64,000 nucleotides of DNA from Octopus sinensis (GCF_006345805.1 NC_043013.1:36146001-36210000); one strand, 5' to 3'. Positions 37,915 to 51,250 are shown, counted from the first letter of the stretch. Numbers and translations: made by a program. Notes: a model not told the origin generated them from the sequence alone.

Positions 37915-38436
37915 TGTATGTATGTATGTATGTATATATGCATGCATGTATATATGTATGTATGTATGTATGCATGTATGTATGCATGTATGTATGTATG
38001 TATATATGTATGTATGTATGTATATATGTATGTATGCATGTATGTATATATGTATGTATGTATGTATGTATGTGTATATGCATGCATGTATATATGTATG
38101 TATGTATGTATGTATGCATGTATGTATGTATGTACCTATGTATGTATGTATGTATGTATGTATGCATGTATGTATGTATGTATGTATGCATGCATGTATG
38201 TATGTATGCATGCATGCATGCATGCATGTATGTATGTATGTATGTATGTATGTATGTATGTATGTATGTATGTATATTTATATGTGTGTTTACACAGACG
38301 TGTGTGTGGGTAGGTGTATATGTTCATGACTGTGTGGATGTGTATTTGAATATATACATTTCTCTGTTTGTATGAACATACATGTATATGATTGCGTGTG
38401 TGTGTGTGTATATATATATATGTATTTTTCTATCTA

Positions 38437-38517
<81 letters not shown>

Positions 38518-38600
38518 GCACACACATATATATATGTATATATATATGTGTATGTGTATGAGTGTGTATGTGTCTGTGTGTTTTGTGTGTGTGTGTATGT
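36455..38600. repeat. Compound (CA)/(TA)/(CT)/(TATG)n microsatellite field
   Basis: Includes ~500 bp of (TATG)n at 37780-38280. Confidence 0.95.
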
Positions 38601-39149
38601 GAGTGTGTGTGCGTGTGTAACTACCTATCTGTCTGTGTCTAACTCTTACTTTCTGTTAATTATCCAAGAATCCCCGAAGGTTTTTTATTTTTTTTTTTCC
38701 TAATACAAACCAGCATATTAATTTACTCCCTCCGCTCTCTCTCACTCTGTCTCTCCCATCCTCTCTCTTTCTTTCCCTCCTCTCTCTCTCTCTCTCTCTC
38801 CTTCTAACCAGCGTGCACCACTCTCCCGCCACCATTTGGTCACTCCTTGACCTGACCAGCTTTACACACAAACAATAACTGGTCAACAAGACTGAGACGC
38901 TTCGCTGGACAATGAACTAATCAAAATTAGTCGGTCTGACAAGACGCTATGAAAAACAAAGTATAAATATAAACGAAATAAAATAAAAACAAAATAAAAA
39001 TTTAAAAATCGTGCAAACAAACGGCAAAAACATAAATAATAAGATAGCAACGGACCAATCAATAAACAGCTGTACTGACACAAACCTCATAAAATTTCAA
39101 GAATACACGTTAGCAAGGAATCAAACTGTCTTTCTCGTCAACACTATCT

Positions 39150-39500
39150 GAACAACACCAGTTTCATCAATGTCGTCAACATCGTCTGTGCCGTCGTCAT
39201 CATCTGCATCATCAGTGTCACGATCATCGTCATCATCATTGTCGTCATCATTAATATCATTATCATGATTCTCGTCATCATCATCATGGTCATCATTAAC
39301 ATCGTCATCATCGTCATCATCGTCATCATCTTTATCATCATCGTCATCATCGTCATCATCGTCATCATCATCATCATTAATATCATTATCATCATTGTCA
39401 TCATCGTCGTCATCACCATCATCATCATTATCATCATCCTCATCATCATCATCATTATCATCGTCATCATCATTAACATCATTATCATCATCGTCATCAA

Positions 39501-39531
<31 letters not shown>

Positions 39532-39915
39532 GTCATCATCATCGTCATCATTAACATCATTACCATCATCGTCATCATCATCGTCATCATTAACATCATT
39601 ACCATCATCGTCATCATCGTCATCATCATTATCATCATCGTCATCATCGTCATCATCATCATCATCATTAACATCATTATCATCATCGTCATCATCCTCA
39701 TCATCATCATCGTCATCATTAACATCATCATCATCGTCATCATTAACATCGTCATCATCGTCATCATTAACATCATTATCATCGTCCTTGTCGTCGTCAT
39801 CGTCGTCCCCATCTTCGTCGTCTTCATCATCATCATCATCATCATCATCGTCATCCTATTCATCGTCATCATCATTAGTATCATTATTAGCGCCAGCAGC
39901 ATTACTGTCATCAAT
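39150..39915. repeat. Mosaic (CAT/CGT)n trinucleotide array
   Basis: Phase maintained for ~770 bp; recurrent ATTAACATC variants. Confidence 0.95.
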
Positions 39916-40069
39916 CAGCATACATAGAAAGATCGTGTCCTCTGATTACAACAGAAGTGTAGAAGCAGTTTTAGGAAGATATTTTGATTTCTTAAGTTTT
40001 CGTGTGAATTTACGGTTATTATGAATGTGTGTATACATACATACATACATACATACATACATACATACA

Positions 40070-40100
<31 letters not shown>

Positions 40101-40768
40101 GTATATATCTTATATACATACATGTATGCATACTAAACACATACGTATGAATGCGTGTGTATTTGCGGAGAGGACTTATACAAGACTCAATACGAATAAT
40201 TTTAAAGGCTGTTACATCCAACATATACATTCATTAAGGCCACAAGAGAAAGTCAATACCACCTCTCCATCGCAATTCATATAGATATTAAAGGATTAGA
40301 AGAATGAAACGAGCCCTAAGAATGTCGTGCACAGAGGAAAGCTATGCACCAATGGAACAAATAATTGCCGATGAGGCTTAACTGAAAAGTGAAGAATGAT
40401 AAATAGAAGATGAATAATATTGTTTCCCTGTCAAAACGGATTACCATGTACGCATGTTCTTTAAGAACATTTTGATATTCTCCAAATCGTAATTTCCAAA
40501 CTGAAGAAGGTTAGTGCTTATCCATTGATATCCACATGGGATACGACGTAACATTCTTTTCGTATATTTCGAGCCAATGAGAATTGTGTCATACGTTGTT
40601 TCAGAAATATCCACATTGGCAGCTGAAATGGTCTTTCAGAATAGCAATGGAGTGAATCATTAGCTCTCATCGAGCAAATATACATTCTACATCTTTTATT
40701 CAGCATTCTTTCGTTTGTTTGTAACACATACATACATTGACGACTATATATATATATATATATAATAT

Positions 40769-40818
<50 letters not shown>

Positions 40819-40829
40819 CAAAATTGAGT

Positions 40830-41005
40830 AGTACCTGTATTTCAAAGGGACAGCCTTGTCACATTCTGTGTCATGCTGAAGGTCCCAGAGAACTACGTTA
40901 AGAGCACACGTGTCAGCTACTTGTACGTTAATTTCACGAATAAGCTGTTAAGTTGTTCCGTTGATCAAATCAACTGGAACCCTTGTTGTCGTAACCGACA
41001 GAGTG
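40830..41005 (+). mobile_element. SINE family B 3' part
   Basis: GTATTTCAAAGGGACAGCCTTGTCACA...CGTAACCGACAGAGT. Confidence 0.75.
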
Positions 41006-41189
41006 CCAGTATCTATCTTTCTATCTATCTACCTATCTCTCTCTCTTTCTCTGTATATATAAATATATATAAATGGAGGTGCCCCAGCATGGCCACAGCT
41101 TGTGAGCTGAAATTAGATAAATAAATAAATAAAATATGTGTGTGTGTGTATGTGTGTATATATGTATATATATATATATATATGTATAT

Positions 41190-41880
41190 AAACTTAGATA
41201 AACTTAGATATGTTTCGACCAAAGATTGGTCCAGGCCATGTCTAACTTAATAGCACCACCTGATAGGATTATTCGAATCCTGTTTAAGTCAAGTTTTGTT
41301 CAAGTAGTGAGTTCTTGTTGGGTGAGTTGTATCCAATTATGGATGGCTTATCTGGTAGTCTTTGAAGGAATCTATCCAGACTCCGTTTAAAGTTGATGGG
41401 ATCCTTTTCCTCTTTGATCTCCCTCGGGACAATGTTAAATAGGGCAGGACCTGTTGAGGAAAAGAAATTATGTTGCAGTGTACATGTATGTTGTGATCTT
41501 GAATTGGGCAGAGGACGTATGGCCCGTGGTCCCAGTCTTGGATGAACCTTGAAGCTAATGTTAAGGTCGTTTGGGCAAAGTTGGTGGTATATTCTCCACA
41601 TCGTACAAATGATGTACCGCTCACGGCGACGCTGGAGGGAGTAAAGTTTCAAGGCTTTAAGGCGATCCCAATAATCGAGAGCAGCCATGCCTTCAATTCG
41701 TTTAGTGAGTGCCCTCTGGGGTGACTCAATTCTGGAGATGTTTTGTCTTGTATGGGGAGACCACAGTGGGCAGCAGTATTCAAGGTGTGGCCGTACAAAG
41801 GAGGAAAAAAGTGGTATGATGACACCTTGTTCTCTGGACCTTTTGAAAAGAGAAAAGATAGAAGAGCGAAAAAAACGTCC
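41190..41880 (-). mobile_element. CR1-like LINE, 5'-truncated 3' end with open ORF2 C-terminus and 3' UTR
   Basis: FVRPHLEYCCPLWSP...IESPQRALTKRI...YWDRLKALKLYSLQRRRERY...FKRSLDRFL; UTR hairpin GACC/GGTC and (ATCTAAGTTT)2 end. Confidence 0.9.
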
Positions 41881-42139
41881 GCTCTTATGAACATCCATGC
41901 AAGAAAAGAAAGATGGTCACGTGAGGAAAAGAAAGATGGAAGATGGTCACGTGTGAGCAGCGAGAGAGAAACGAGAAAGAGGGAGAGACAGATAGAAAAC
42001 GGCGAAGGAAGGAGGGTGAGAAAAAGGAATTAGAGAAGGATGGAGGAAGAACGTATAAAGAAGAGAGTCACATCAAAAAGATGAAGATAAACTTACTTGG
42101 AAATGGATGCATGGTATTCAATTAAATAATACATAATAA

Positions 42140-42550
42140 ATAATATATATATGTGCATATATGGGTACAGGACATCACCGGTGGTTCAAACAACATGAAA
42201 TACGTAAATAAAGAGAAAAAATGGAAACAGGACAAGTAAACACAGAAAGGACCCCGTTCAGTTTCCTTGTATGTCTCCACTGTCCTGTTTTTGTTCCCAA
42301 TCTTGCCCTCCATAAATCCTAATTTTTAATTTAGAATTTATGGGTGTAACTGTCTTTGAAGACTCATGTTGTCGTTGAATGCTCGAAATGAGGAGTAAGA
42401 TAGATAGCCTACAACTTAGGAAAGGTCCTTTCTCTCTGTCTACTTGTCCTGTTTTCCAGATTTTCTCGTTGTTTATGTATTTAACTCATTTGTTTATGTA
42501 TTTCATGTTGTTTAACCATTGGTGACGTCCTGTACCTATATATGCATGTA
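42140..42550. repeat. Inverted pair of ~110-130-bp repeat tails
   Basis: 42145-42255 vs reverse complement of 42421-42550 share GGTACAGGAC.TCACC, AAACAACATGAAATAC, AAACAGGACAAGTA, AGAAAGGACC. Confidence 0.75.
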
Positions 42551-42589
42551 AATATATATATGTGTGTGTGTATGTATTTCTGTATTTGT

Positions 42590-42768
42590 GTTCGTGTTTG
42601 TCCCCCACACCATTGCTTGACAACCGATGTTGATGTTCTTGGTAATAGAGACCAATAGAATAAGTACTAGGCTTACAAAGAATAAGTCCTGGAGTCGATT
42701 TGTTCGACTAAAAGCAGTGCTCCAGCATGGTCACAGCCGAATAACTGAAACAAGTAAAAGAGTAAATA
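42590..42768 (+). mobile_element. SINE family A, 3' half
   Basis: GTTTGTCCCC...CCAGCATGG...CTGAAACAAGTAAAAGAGT. Confidence 0.8.
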
Positions 42769-43384
42769 TGAAAGGAGACTGGAATGAATATAATTTGACT
42801 GGCTGAATGAAACCTTGGAGAAATTTGGAGAAAAGTGTTTACTGGTGTGTCTGTAGAAAGTAGCATCTTGAAGGGCATGAGAGAGAGAGTGGGGAGAAGA
42901 CAAAGGAGAATGCTACCAAGAAATGAATAAAAATTAGTGTTCTGTAGATGTAATCTTCAATAACAAAAGAAGTTTGAAAACTACATTTTGATAAAAATAT
43001 ATTTCAGCATTTTTAAGAATTATCTTCTCAGGGTTGACTTTAATGATCACTCTCTTTGTGTAAAAGATACATATACCAAACAAATTAATAAGTAGCTTTC
43101 TTCCTTTATAGTATAGATGTCTTGCCTCTTCTTCTAAAAACAAGAAACTGTAATCTGTGGTAGATTTGGCTGATATTTCTTGTTTGTGAAACAATCATGT
43201 AGAGGTATCCTGTTTAGTTTTTATGTGAGTAATTACAGAGTAGGTGAAATGATTGGCAATTTTAATTATGTTTTTATAACTTCCTCTCCCTTTACTTCAT
43301 CCTATTTTCATCACACCTCTGCTGTCCGATTGCTGATATAATTGCTTCTATTTCTATTTCATGGATATAATTGCTTCTGGTTTA

Positions 43385-43880
43385 CGTATGTATGTATGTA
43401 CGTCATTATACAATTTTATTTCTAGATTTCTTGCCAATAGAGAAAGAGCCATTTTCTAACTTGATCCAAGGCTCCTTAATTGGAATTTCAATATCAACAA
43501 CAAAGTATTTTTGTTTGTTTGTATGTATGTATTATGTATGTATGTATGTATGTATGTATGTATGTATATGTGCAGATTTGTATATTTTGCTTTATGTATG
43601 TATTCTCATGCATATAGTTACATATCTAGACATGCTCATATATATTTAAATGATAAACTTCTGGAAAATTTTACAGATTTTTACAGTTCCGGTGATGGAT
43701 TAGATCTGTAGTCTTCGAATTAGCTTTCTCCTTTCTGGTCCTGAGAAGCCCAGTTTCTCAAGATTGGTATTTAGGCAGTGTGTTACATATCCCATGGCCC
43801 TAATAATTACAGGTATAAACCTGAACTTGTGATCTGGATAGAATAGCTGCAGATTTCTCAATAGCTCAGCATAGGTGTTA
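43385..43880 (-). pseudogene. R4/Dong-like LINE 3' end; a second ORF-end remnant lies near 43920-44060
   Basis: YAELLRNLQLFYPDHKFRFIPVIIRAMGYV...GTVKICKIFQKFII*; GTVNICKNFLKFQI* at 44004-44050. Confidence 0.8.
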
Positions 43881-44475
43881 TGTATGTATGTATATATGTC
43901 TCTTTTGTTTTTTAATTATTATAAAATCTTGCACTGAGGAAGGAACCAGTTTCCAACAAGGATACACTGCTCCATCTTTGAGATGTATTTAACACAGTCA
44001 AATTCATATTTGGAACTTGAGAAAATTCTTGCATATATTTACTGTTCCACTCACAAATTGCATTTGCAATGTATGAATGTATGTATGTATGCATGTATGT
44101 ATGAATATATGTATGTATGTATAATAAACCCAGATTGAAACAGAAACAATTATCCCAATAATCAAATTGCAGAAGTGCGACGAAAATACTTGACAGTTCA
44201 TAATAGACTGAGCTAATAAGAAATAAAGGGAAAACGAATAAAACAGATTTTGTGCGTTATTAAGTGACTAAAATGTCTTTTCTCAGATTTAATTAATTAA
44301 ATATAAATTTATTTGATATGAGTGTGCCTGTATATATATATATAAATATATATATGTAAAATATATGCACAATTACATGTGACTATACATGCGTATATGC
44401 ATGTATCAAATTAAAGAAATACACATATTTGTAGATACAAACGTATATTAAACTACATGTGTGTGTGTGTGTTTG

Positions 44476-44526
<51 letters not shown>

Positions 44527-45149
44527 TAAGTCTCTTATTAAAGAGTGTTCATTCAGGCTCATGCACACATACAGATGATGCATGTGGCAGAGATCCACAT
44601 ACATGTTAATTAGAGAAAAACTAATATGTGTACATTTCCACCTCCACAACAGCATGTGGCACACACACACACACACATTGTTATGTATGAATATATATGC
44701 ATATATATATATGTGTGTGTGTGTATATATATATATATATACACATATATATGTATATATATATGTGTGTACATTTATATATATACATATGTATATATGT
44801 ATGTCTTTAGATATGTATATGTGTATATGTATATATATATATGGATGTATTTATATATATGTATTCATGTGTATGTATATATATATATGCGTACAGACAC
44901 ACATACACGTACACATACACCCAGATTCAAATAGACTTACACACTTATAGTCATATCTATGCATGCACGTACACACACACACACACCCATATATATGTGT
45001 GTGTGTGTGCGCGTGTGTAGGAAGAGTGTAAAAACAACACTAGTGACAGCAAAACAAATGAAATTCAGAACTTATCAATATCTTAATTATCTGATTTTCC
45101 CTTCATTTTATTTCACAACGAATTAACATTAATGTTTGATTAGCGGCAG

Positions 45150-46087
45150 TATATGAGTATTGGTGGTGGTGGTGGCGGCGGTGGTGGTGGTGGGGGTGGT
45201 GGCAGCGGTGGTGGTGCGGATAGTCATGGTGTTGTTGGTATTGGTACTGGTGTTAGTGGTGGTGATGATGATGACGATGATGATGACAGTAGTGGTGGTG
45301 ATGGTGAGGGTGCCGTTGGTGGTTGGTGATTGGTGAGTGTGATGGTGCGGAAATTGTCACAAGAGGAAAACTATGACACACTGCTGAATGATGACAGCGA
45401 CAACAACAACAACAACAGAGAAAACAACTGAAATAATGGACAGCACCAATAACAAGAAGAAGAAGAAGAAGAATTATGATGACAACATAAATAATAAACA
45501 GCGATAATTATAACAATATAAAAATGAGGATGACAACCATGATCATGATAGTGATGATGATGAGGGCGATGATGATGGTGATGATGGTGATGATGATGGT
45601 GGTGGTGGTGGTGGTGGTGGCGGTGGTGGTGATGATGATGAAGAAGAATTATCATTATCATTATTATTATCATTATTGCTATCATCATCATCATCATCAT
45701 CATCATCGTCATCTTCACAATCATCATAATGACCGACCATCATCATGATCATCATCATCACCGTCATTATTGTTGTTGTTGTTATAATTATTATCATTAT
45801 TATTATTATTACCATTATTATTATTATTACCATTATTATTATTATTATCATTATTATTATTATTATCATTATCATCATCATCATTATTATTATGTACCAT
45901 CGCTATATGCAATGTATGACATACTGAAAGTTATAACACCACCACAACCACCATCACCACCACCACCACTTCCACCAACAATAACAATGACAACAACGAT
46001 GTCAGCATCAACAACAACGATAATAATTATAGTAGTAGTAGTAGCAGTAGTAGTAGTAGCAGCAGCAGCAGTAGCAGCAGCTGCAGC

Positions 46088-46146
<59 letters not shown>

Positions 46147-46250
46147 TGGTAATCATTGTTTTAATGATGATAAAGAAGGACAGCAGCAACAACAATAATG
46201 AAAATAATTGTATTAATGGTGATTCTAATTGTAATTGTGATAAATAATGT
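45150..46250. repeat. Mosaic trinucleotide repeats (GGT, GAT, CAT, TAT, TAG)
   Basis: Successive short arrays. Confidence 0.9.
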
Positions 46251-46569
46251 AAGTCTGTAATTAAATGAAATGAAATTAATTATAAACTGATTTTCATTTG
46301 AAAATAGAACAAAAAATAAAATAAAATAAAATAAAATAAAATAAAATAAAGACAATAATTGTCTAACAATAATTGTGACAATAATGAGGGTGGTTGGTAA
46401 TGATGGTGGTGGTGGTGGTGGCGGTCATAATTTTTTTTTGGTGGTTGTGATAATTTTGGTGGTGGTCGTGGTGGTGGTCATGTTGGAGTTTGGGATAGTC
46501 ATGTCTGATAGTTGTTATGATGTTTGTGTTGCAACTAATCAAGGCAGTAATCTTATTGATGTTGTTATT

Positions 46570-47290
46570 GTTGTCGTTCATCCTTCTCCTCTTCCTCCTG
46601 CTCTGCCTCTTCTTCTTCTTCTTTATCTTCTCCCTTCTTTTTCTTCTTCTTCTTCTCCTCCTCTTTCTTCCCCTTCTTCTCCTTTTTCTTCCCCTTCTTC
46701 TTCTTCTTCTTCATCTTCCCCTTCTTCTTTTTTCTTCTCCCTTCTTTTTCTTCTTCTTCTTCTTCTTCTTCTTCTTCTTCTTCTTCTTTTTCTTCTTCTT
46801 TTTTCTTCTCCCTTCTTTTTCTTCTTCTTCTTCTTCTTCTTCTTCTTCTTCTTCTTTTTCTTCTTCTTTTTTTCTTCTTCTTCTTTATCTTCCCCCTTCT
46901 TTTTTTCTTCTTCTTTATCTTCTCCCTTCTTTTCTTTCTTCTTCTTCTCCCTTCTTTTTCTTCTCCCTTCTTCTTCTTTATCCTCCCCCTTCTTTTTTTC
47001 TTCTTCTTTATCTTCTCCCTTCTTTTCTTTCTTCTTCTTCTCCCTTCTTTTTCTTCTCCCTTCTTCTTCTTCTTCTTCTTCTTCTTCTTCTTCTTCTCTT
47101 TCTTCTTCTCCCTTCTTTTTCTTCTCCCTTCTTCTTCTTCTCTTTCTTCTTCTCCCTTCTTTTTCTTCTCCCTTCTTCTTCTTCTTCTTCTTCTTCTTCT
47201 CCTTCTTTTTCTTCTCCTTCTTCTTCTTCTTCTTCTTCTTCTTCTTCTTCTTCTTCTTCTTCTTCTGTCACCTCTCCTTCCTTATCCATC
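46570..47290. repeat. (CTT)n-based polypyrimidine tract
   Basis: ~720 bp almost only C/T; internal ~90-bp tandem duplication near 46880-47070. Confidence 0.95.
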
Positions 47291-47629
47291 ACCCTACTTT
47301 TATTTGTCTAACCTTTTATTCTTGTTGTTCCTATTCTTCTGCATCTCCCCTTTTCCCCTTTTTCATTCTCCCTTTTCTTCATTTTCCTTACTTACTTAAC
47401 CTTTTTTGCAGTCTTTTTATTTTCATTTCATTTTCTTGTTCATCTTGTCCACCTTGTTTATTTTTCTTCCTAACTTTTTGTTCATTTTGTTCATTCCTTT
47501 GTTCACCATACTGTTCTACTAATTATCTATTCTTGTCCAACATTTTGTTCACCATTTTGCTGAACTAGCTTTATATTTCATTCATTCAACATGTTCACCA
47601 TGCTATAGTAGTTTTTGTTTTTATTCATA

Positions 47630-47780
47630 AGCACAGGTGTGGCTGTTTCCCAACCACATGGCTCTGGGTTCAGTTCCATTGCTTGGCACCTTAGGTAAGT
47701 GTCTTCTACTACTGTCTTAGGTTGACCAAAGCCTTGTGAGTGGATTTAGTAGATGGAAACTGGAAGAAGCATGTCGTATA
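47630..47780 (+). mobile_element. SINE family A, diverged 5' half; a 3' half lies at 48130-48310
   Basis: CCAACCACATGG...GGAAACTGGAAGAAGC. Confidence 0.75.
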
Positions 47781-48047
47781 TCTATCTATTTGTCTGTGCA
47801 CACCTGTCGATGCAATGTATGCCAGAAGGTCTGCAAACGGAGGCCTCAATTGACATTTTAAGATCCATAAAGATCAGAACTTATCTGCAGCTCTTGGTGG
47901 TCCAAATCGGTGGTGCAGTTTCTGTGGGTGTCTTTTCATAACATTCCATGGTTTAAAAAGCAACATCAGATACCATGATGGTTCTAAGGTGTAGGTACAG
48001 GAGGTGGTCAATCTCTGCATAAAGAGTGGACAACCACCACACAAATA

Positions 48048-48084
<37 letters not shown>

Positions 48085-48734
48085 GTATGTATATGTTTAT
48101 GTACATATGTATGTATGTATGTATGTATTTGTGTGTCTATGTTTGTCTCCCACCATCACTTCACAGCTGATACTGGTGTGTTTATGTCCCTGTAACTTTG
48201 TGGTTGAGCAATAGAATAAGCCGTGGGGGTCAATTTCTTCGAACAAAACCCTTTAAGGTGGTGCTCCAACATGGCCGCAATAAAAATGACTGAAACACGT
48301 AAAAAAATAAAAGAATGTTCATCTTTTTGTCTGCCTCATTCGTTTCTGGTTTGTAAAAAAATCTTGTACAACTTTTTTGATGTGTTCATCTTCAAGATCA
48401 TCTTCATCTTTCTTTCATGCTGTTCTCCTTACAGGCTTTCTTCTTAGCTCCATGTTCAACCTATTGTTTATTTTCTTAATCTTTCTTCCAGTTTTCTCGC
48501 TCAACTTGTACATCCTGTTCACATTTATTTGGTTAACCTGTTCATCCTGTTCACCTTTATGAAATTAAACTGTTCATTCATCCTGTTCAGACCAATTAAT
48601 CTAACTTATTCCTCATGTTCACCTTGCGTTGAACTCCCTCAAAATTCTTCTTTCTTTGTATTTAGATAAAATCACATTTGTAACTAGATATAGTTCTTGA
48701 ATGTGTCTTTACTTTCATGCCTGCATTGTGACAT

Positions 48735-48924
48735 GTAAAAGGTGCCCACTACATGTTTGTAGATGGCGTTAGGAAGGGCATCCAGCTGTTGAAACCATGC
48801 CATATCAAACTGGAACCTGGTATAGCTCTCCAATTTACAAGTTCCAGTCAAATACCATCTAATACCATGCCAGCCTGGAAAGCAGTTGCGAAATGATGAT
48901 TGTGATGATGATGATTATGATGAC

Positions 48925-48962
<38 letters not shown>

Positions 48963-48984
48963 CGACGACGACGACGACGACGAC

Positions 48985-49032
<48 letters not shown>

Positions 49033-49129
49033 GACGACGACGACGACGACGACGACAACGACGACGACGACGACGCCACCGACGCCGACGATGATGATGA
49101 TGATGATGATGATGACGACGACGAAGACA

Positions 49130-49194
<65 letters not shown>

Positions 49195-49240
49195 GATGAT
49201 GATGATGACGACGACGACGACGACGATGATGATGATTGTT
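48735..49240 (+). mobile_element. RTE-type 3' tail running into a ~340-bp (GAT/GAC)n array
   Basis: GGCGTTAGGAAGGGCATCCAGCTG...CCATGCCAGC then GAT repeats; same tail at 51050-51220. Confidence 0.75.
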
Positions 49241-50396
49241 ATTGAACAACAGCATCGAAAATCATGTTGGAAACTTCATATAATTCTAAACAGCTTCCCA
49301 TGATTCTCCTCTCTCTTCTCATCATTTCCATCACTTCCATCACTTCTCACAAATACAATCTACACACACATAAGCATACATACACCCAGGAGTTATTCAG
49401 ACTACGAAACGAAAGACAAAGAAAAAAAAAGTTACAGGAAGAAGAAAATATGTAAATAGGAAAAAAAAAAAAAACATGAATAAAACCTAAACAAAACAAC
49501 AGCACAAAAAAAATTAGGCTAATGATGTGTTGTTCTTTTTTATATGGCTTTTAGATTTTTCACACTTGTTAAAATGGCTTACACTATTAGATACAGCCAT
49601 TACTCAAGGTCCAGAGGTTTTTAAGCCAGGGGCCATGGTGGTGGTGGTGGTAGTGGTAGTGATGGTGGTAGTGGCAGTGGTACTGGGGGTAGTAGTGGTG
49701 GTGGTGGTGGTGGGGTAGTGGTGTTGGTAGTGGTGATGTTGGTGGTGTTGTTGTTGTTGGTGGTGTTGGTGGTGGTGGTAGTGGTGGCAGTAGTGGTGGT
49801 GGTAGTGATGGTAGTGATGGTGGTGGTAGTGGTGGTGGTGGTAGTGGTGGTTTTGCTGGTGGTGGTGGTGGTGTTGTTGTTGGCGGTAGTGGTGATGGTG
49901 GTGGGGATAGGGGTGGTGGTGGTGGTGGTGGTAAGTGAATTTCCATTTCTGCTGCCGCCACCACGACCGTTACCGGTAGCGGTAGCAACAACAACAATAA
50001 TGAGAAGAACAGCGACATAAATAATAAACATGACATCGGTTTACTTATATACGGACGTGAAGTATCAGTGTATGAATTTCTTGACATTGTCATCTTCACC
50101 AAAAGACATATGCTTGTATGTGTGTGTGTGTGTGTGTGTGTTAACTTTACAATATGTTTACTTGTGTATGTGTGTGTGTGCGTGTGTGTGTATATATATA
50201 TATATATGTACTTATGCACATATTTATTTATGTATAGTATGTGGGCATACACATGCAATGTCATCATCATCCTCATATAACATCTGCTTTCCATGTTGGC
50301 ATGGGTTAGATGGCTTGACTAGAACTGGTAAGCCAAAGATCTAGATAAGTAGATAAATACATATATATATACATATACTTGGACACATGTACATAA

Positions 50397-50439
<43 letters not shown>

Positions 50440-50451
50440 CGTTTATTTTCT

Positions 50452-50652
50452 TATTCTTTTACTTGTTTCAGGCATTTGACTGCGGCCATGCTGGAGCACT
50501 ACCTTTAGTCGAACAAAGTGACCCTTGCACTTATTCTTTGTAAGCCTAGTACTTATTCTATCAGTCTCTTTGTTGAATCGCTAAGTTATGGGGACGTAAA
50601 CACACCAACATTTGCTGTGAAACAATGTGGGAGGACAAACACAGACACGCAC

Positions 50653-50693
<41 letters not shown>

Positions 50694-50876
50694 CACACAA
50701 GTATATACATATGATGGGCTTCTTTCAGTTTCCATCTAATAAATTGACTCACAATGCTTTGGTCAGCCCAATGCTGTAATAGAATACACTTGATCAAGGT
50801 GCCAAGCAGTGGGACTGAACTCAAAACCATGTGGCTGGGAAGCAGGCTTCTTACCACACAGCTACTCTTACGCCTA
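50452..50876 (-). mobile_element. SINE family A, full length, diverged
   Basis: Match to family. Confidence 0.85.
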
Positions 50877-50887
50877 TGATATATATA

Positions 50888-51218
50888 TGTGACCTTTGGC
50901 ATTATGCCGTGCTAGAGAAGAAGACCTGAGCGAAATCACAGTTGTGGCAGATACTGGTATCATGGAAACTGGTACCTGTGCCGGTGGCTTGTAAAAGCAC
51001 CCCAGTATCATGCAAATGGCACTCATGCTGGTGGCGCGTAAAGGCACCCATTACACTCTCAGAGTGGTTGGCGTTAGGAAGGGCTTCCAGCCATTGAAAA
51101 CCATGCCAAATCAGACTGGAGCCTGGCGCAGACTTCTAGCGTGCCAGCCTAGTCAAACCGTTCAACCCATGCCAGCATGGGCAATGGACAGTAAATGCTG
51201 ATAATGATGATGATGATG

Positions 51219-51220
<2 letters not shown>
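50888..51220 (+). mobile_element. RTE-like LINE 3' UTR/tail
   Basis: GACCTTTGGCA...GAAGAAGACC...GTTGTGGCAGATACTG shared with the RTE at 53640-53900; ends in (GAT)n. Confidence 0.75.

Positions 51221-51250
<30 letters not shown>

Noticed and set aside
41205-41240. GACC-loop-GGTC-GAAAC as a hammerhead
   Set aside because: No CUGANGA upstream and no stem III; better explained as the LINE 3' stem-loop.
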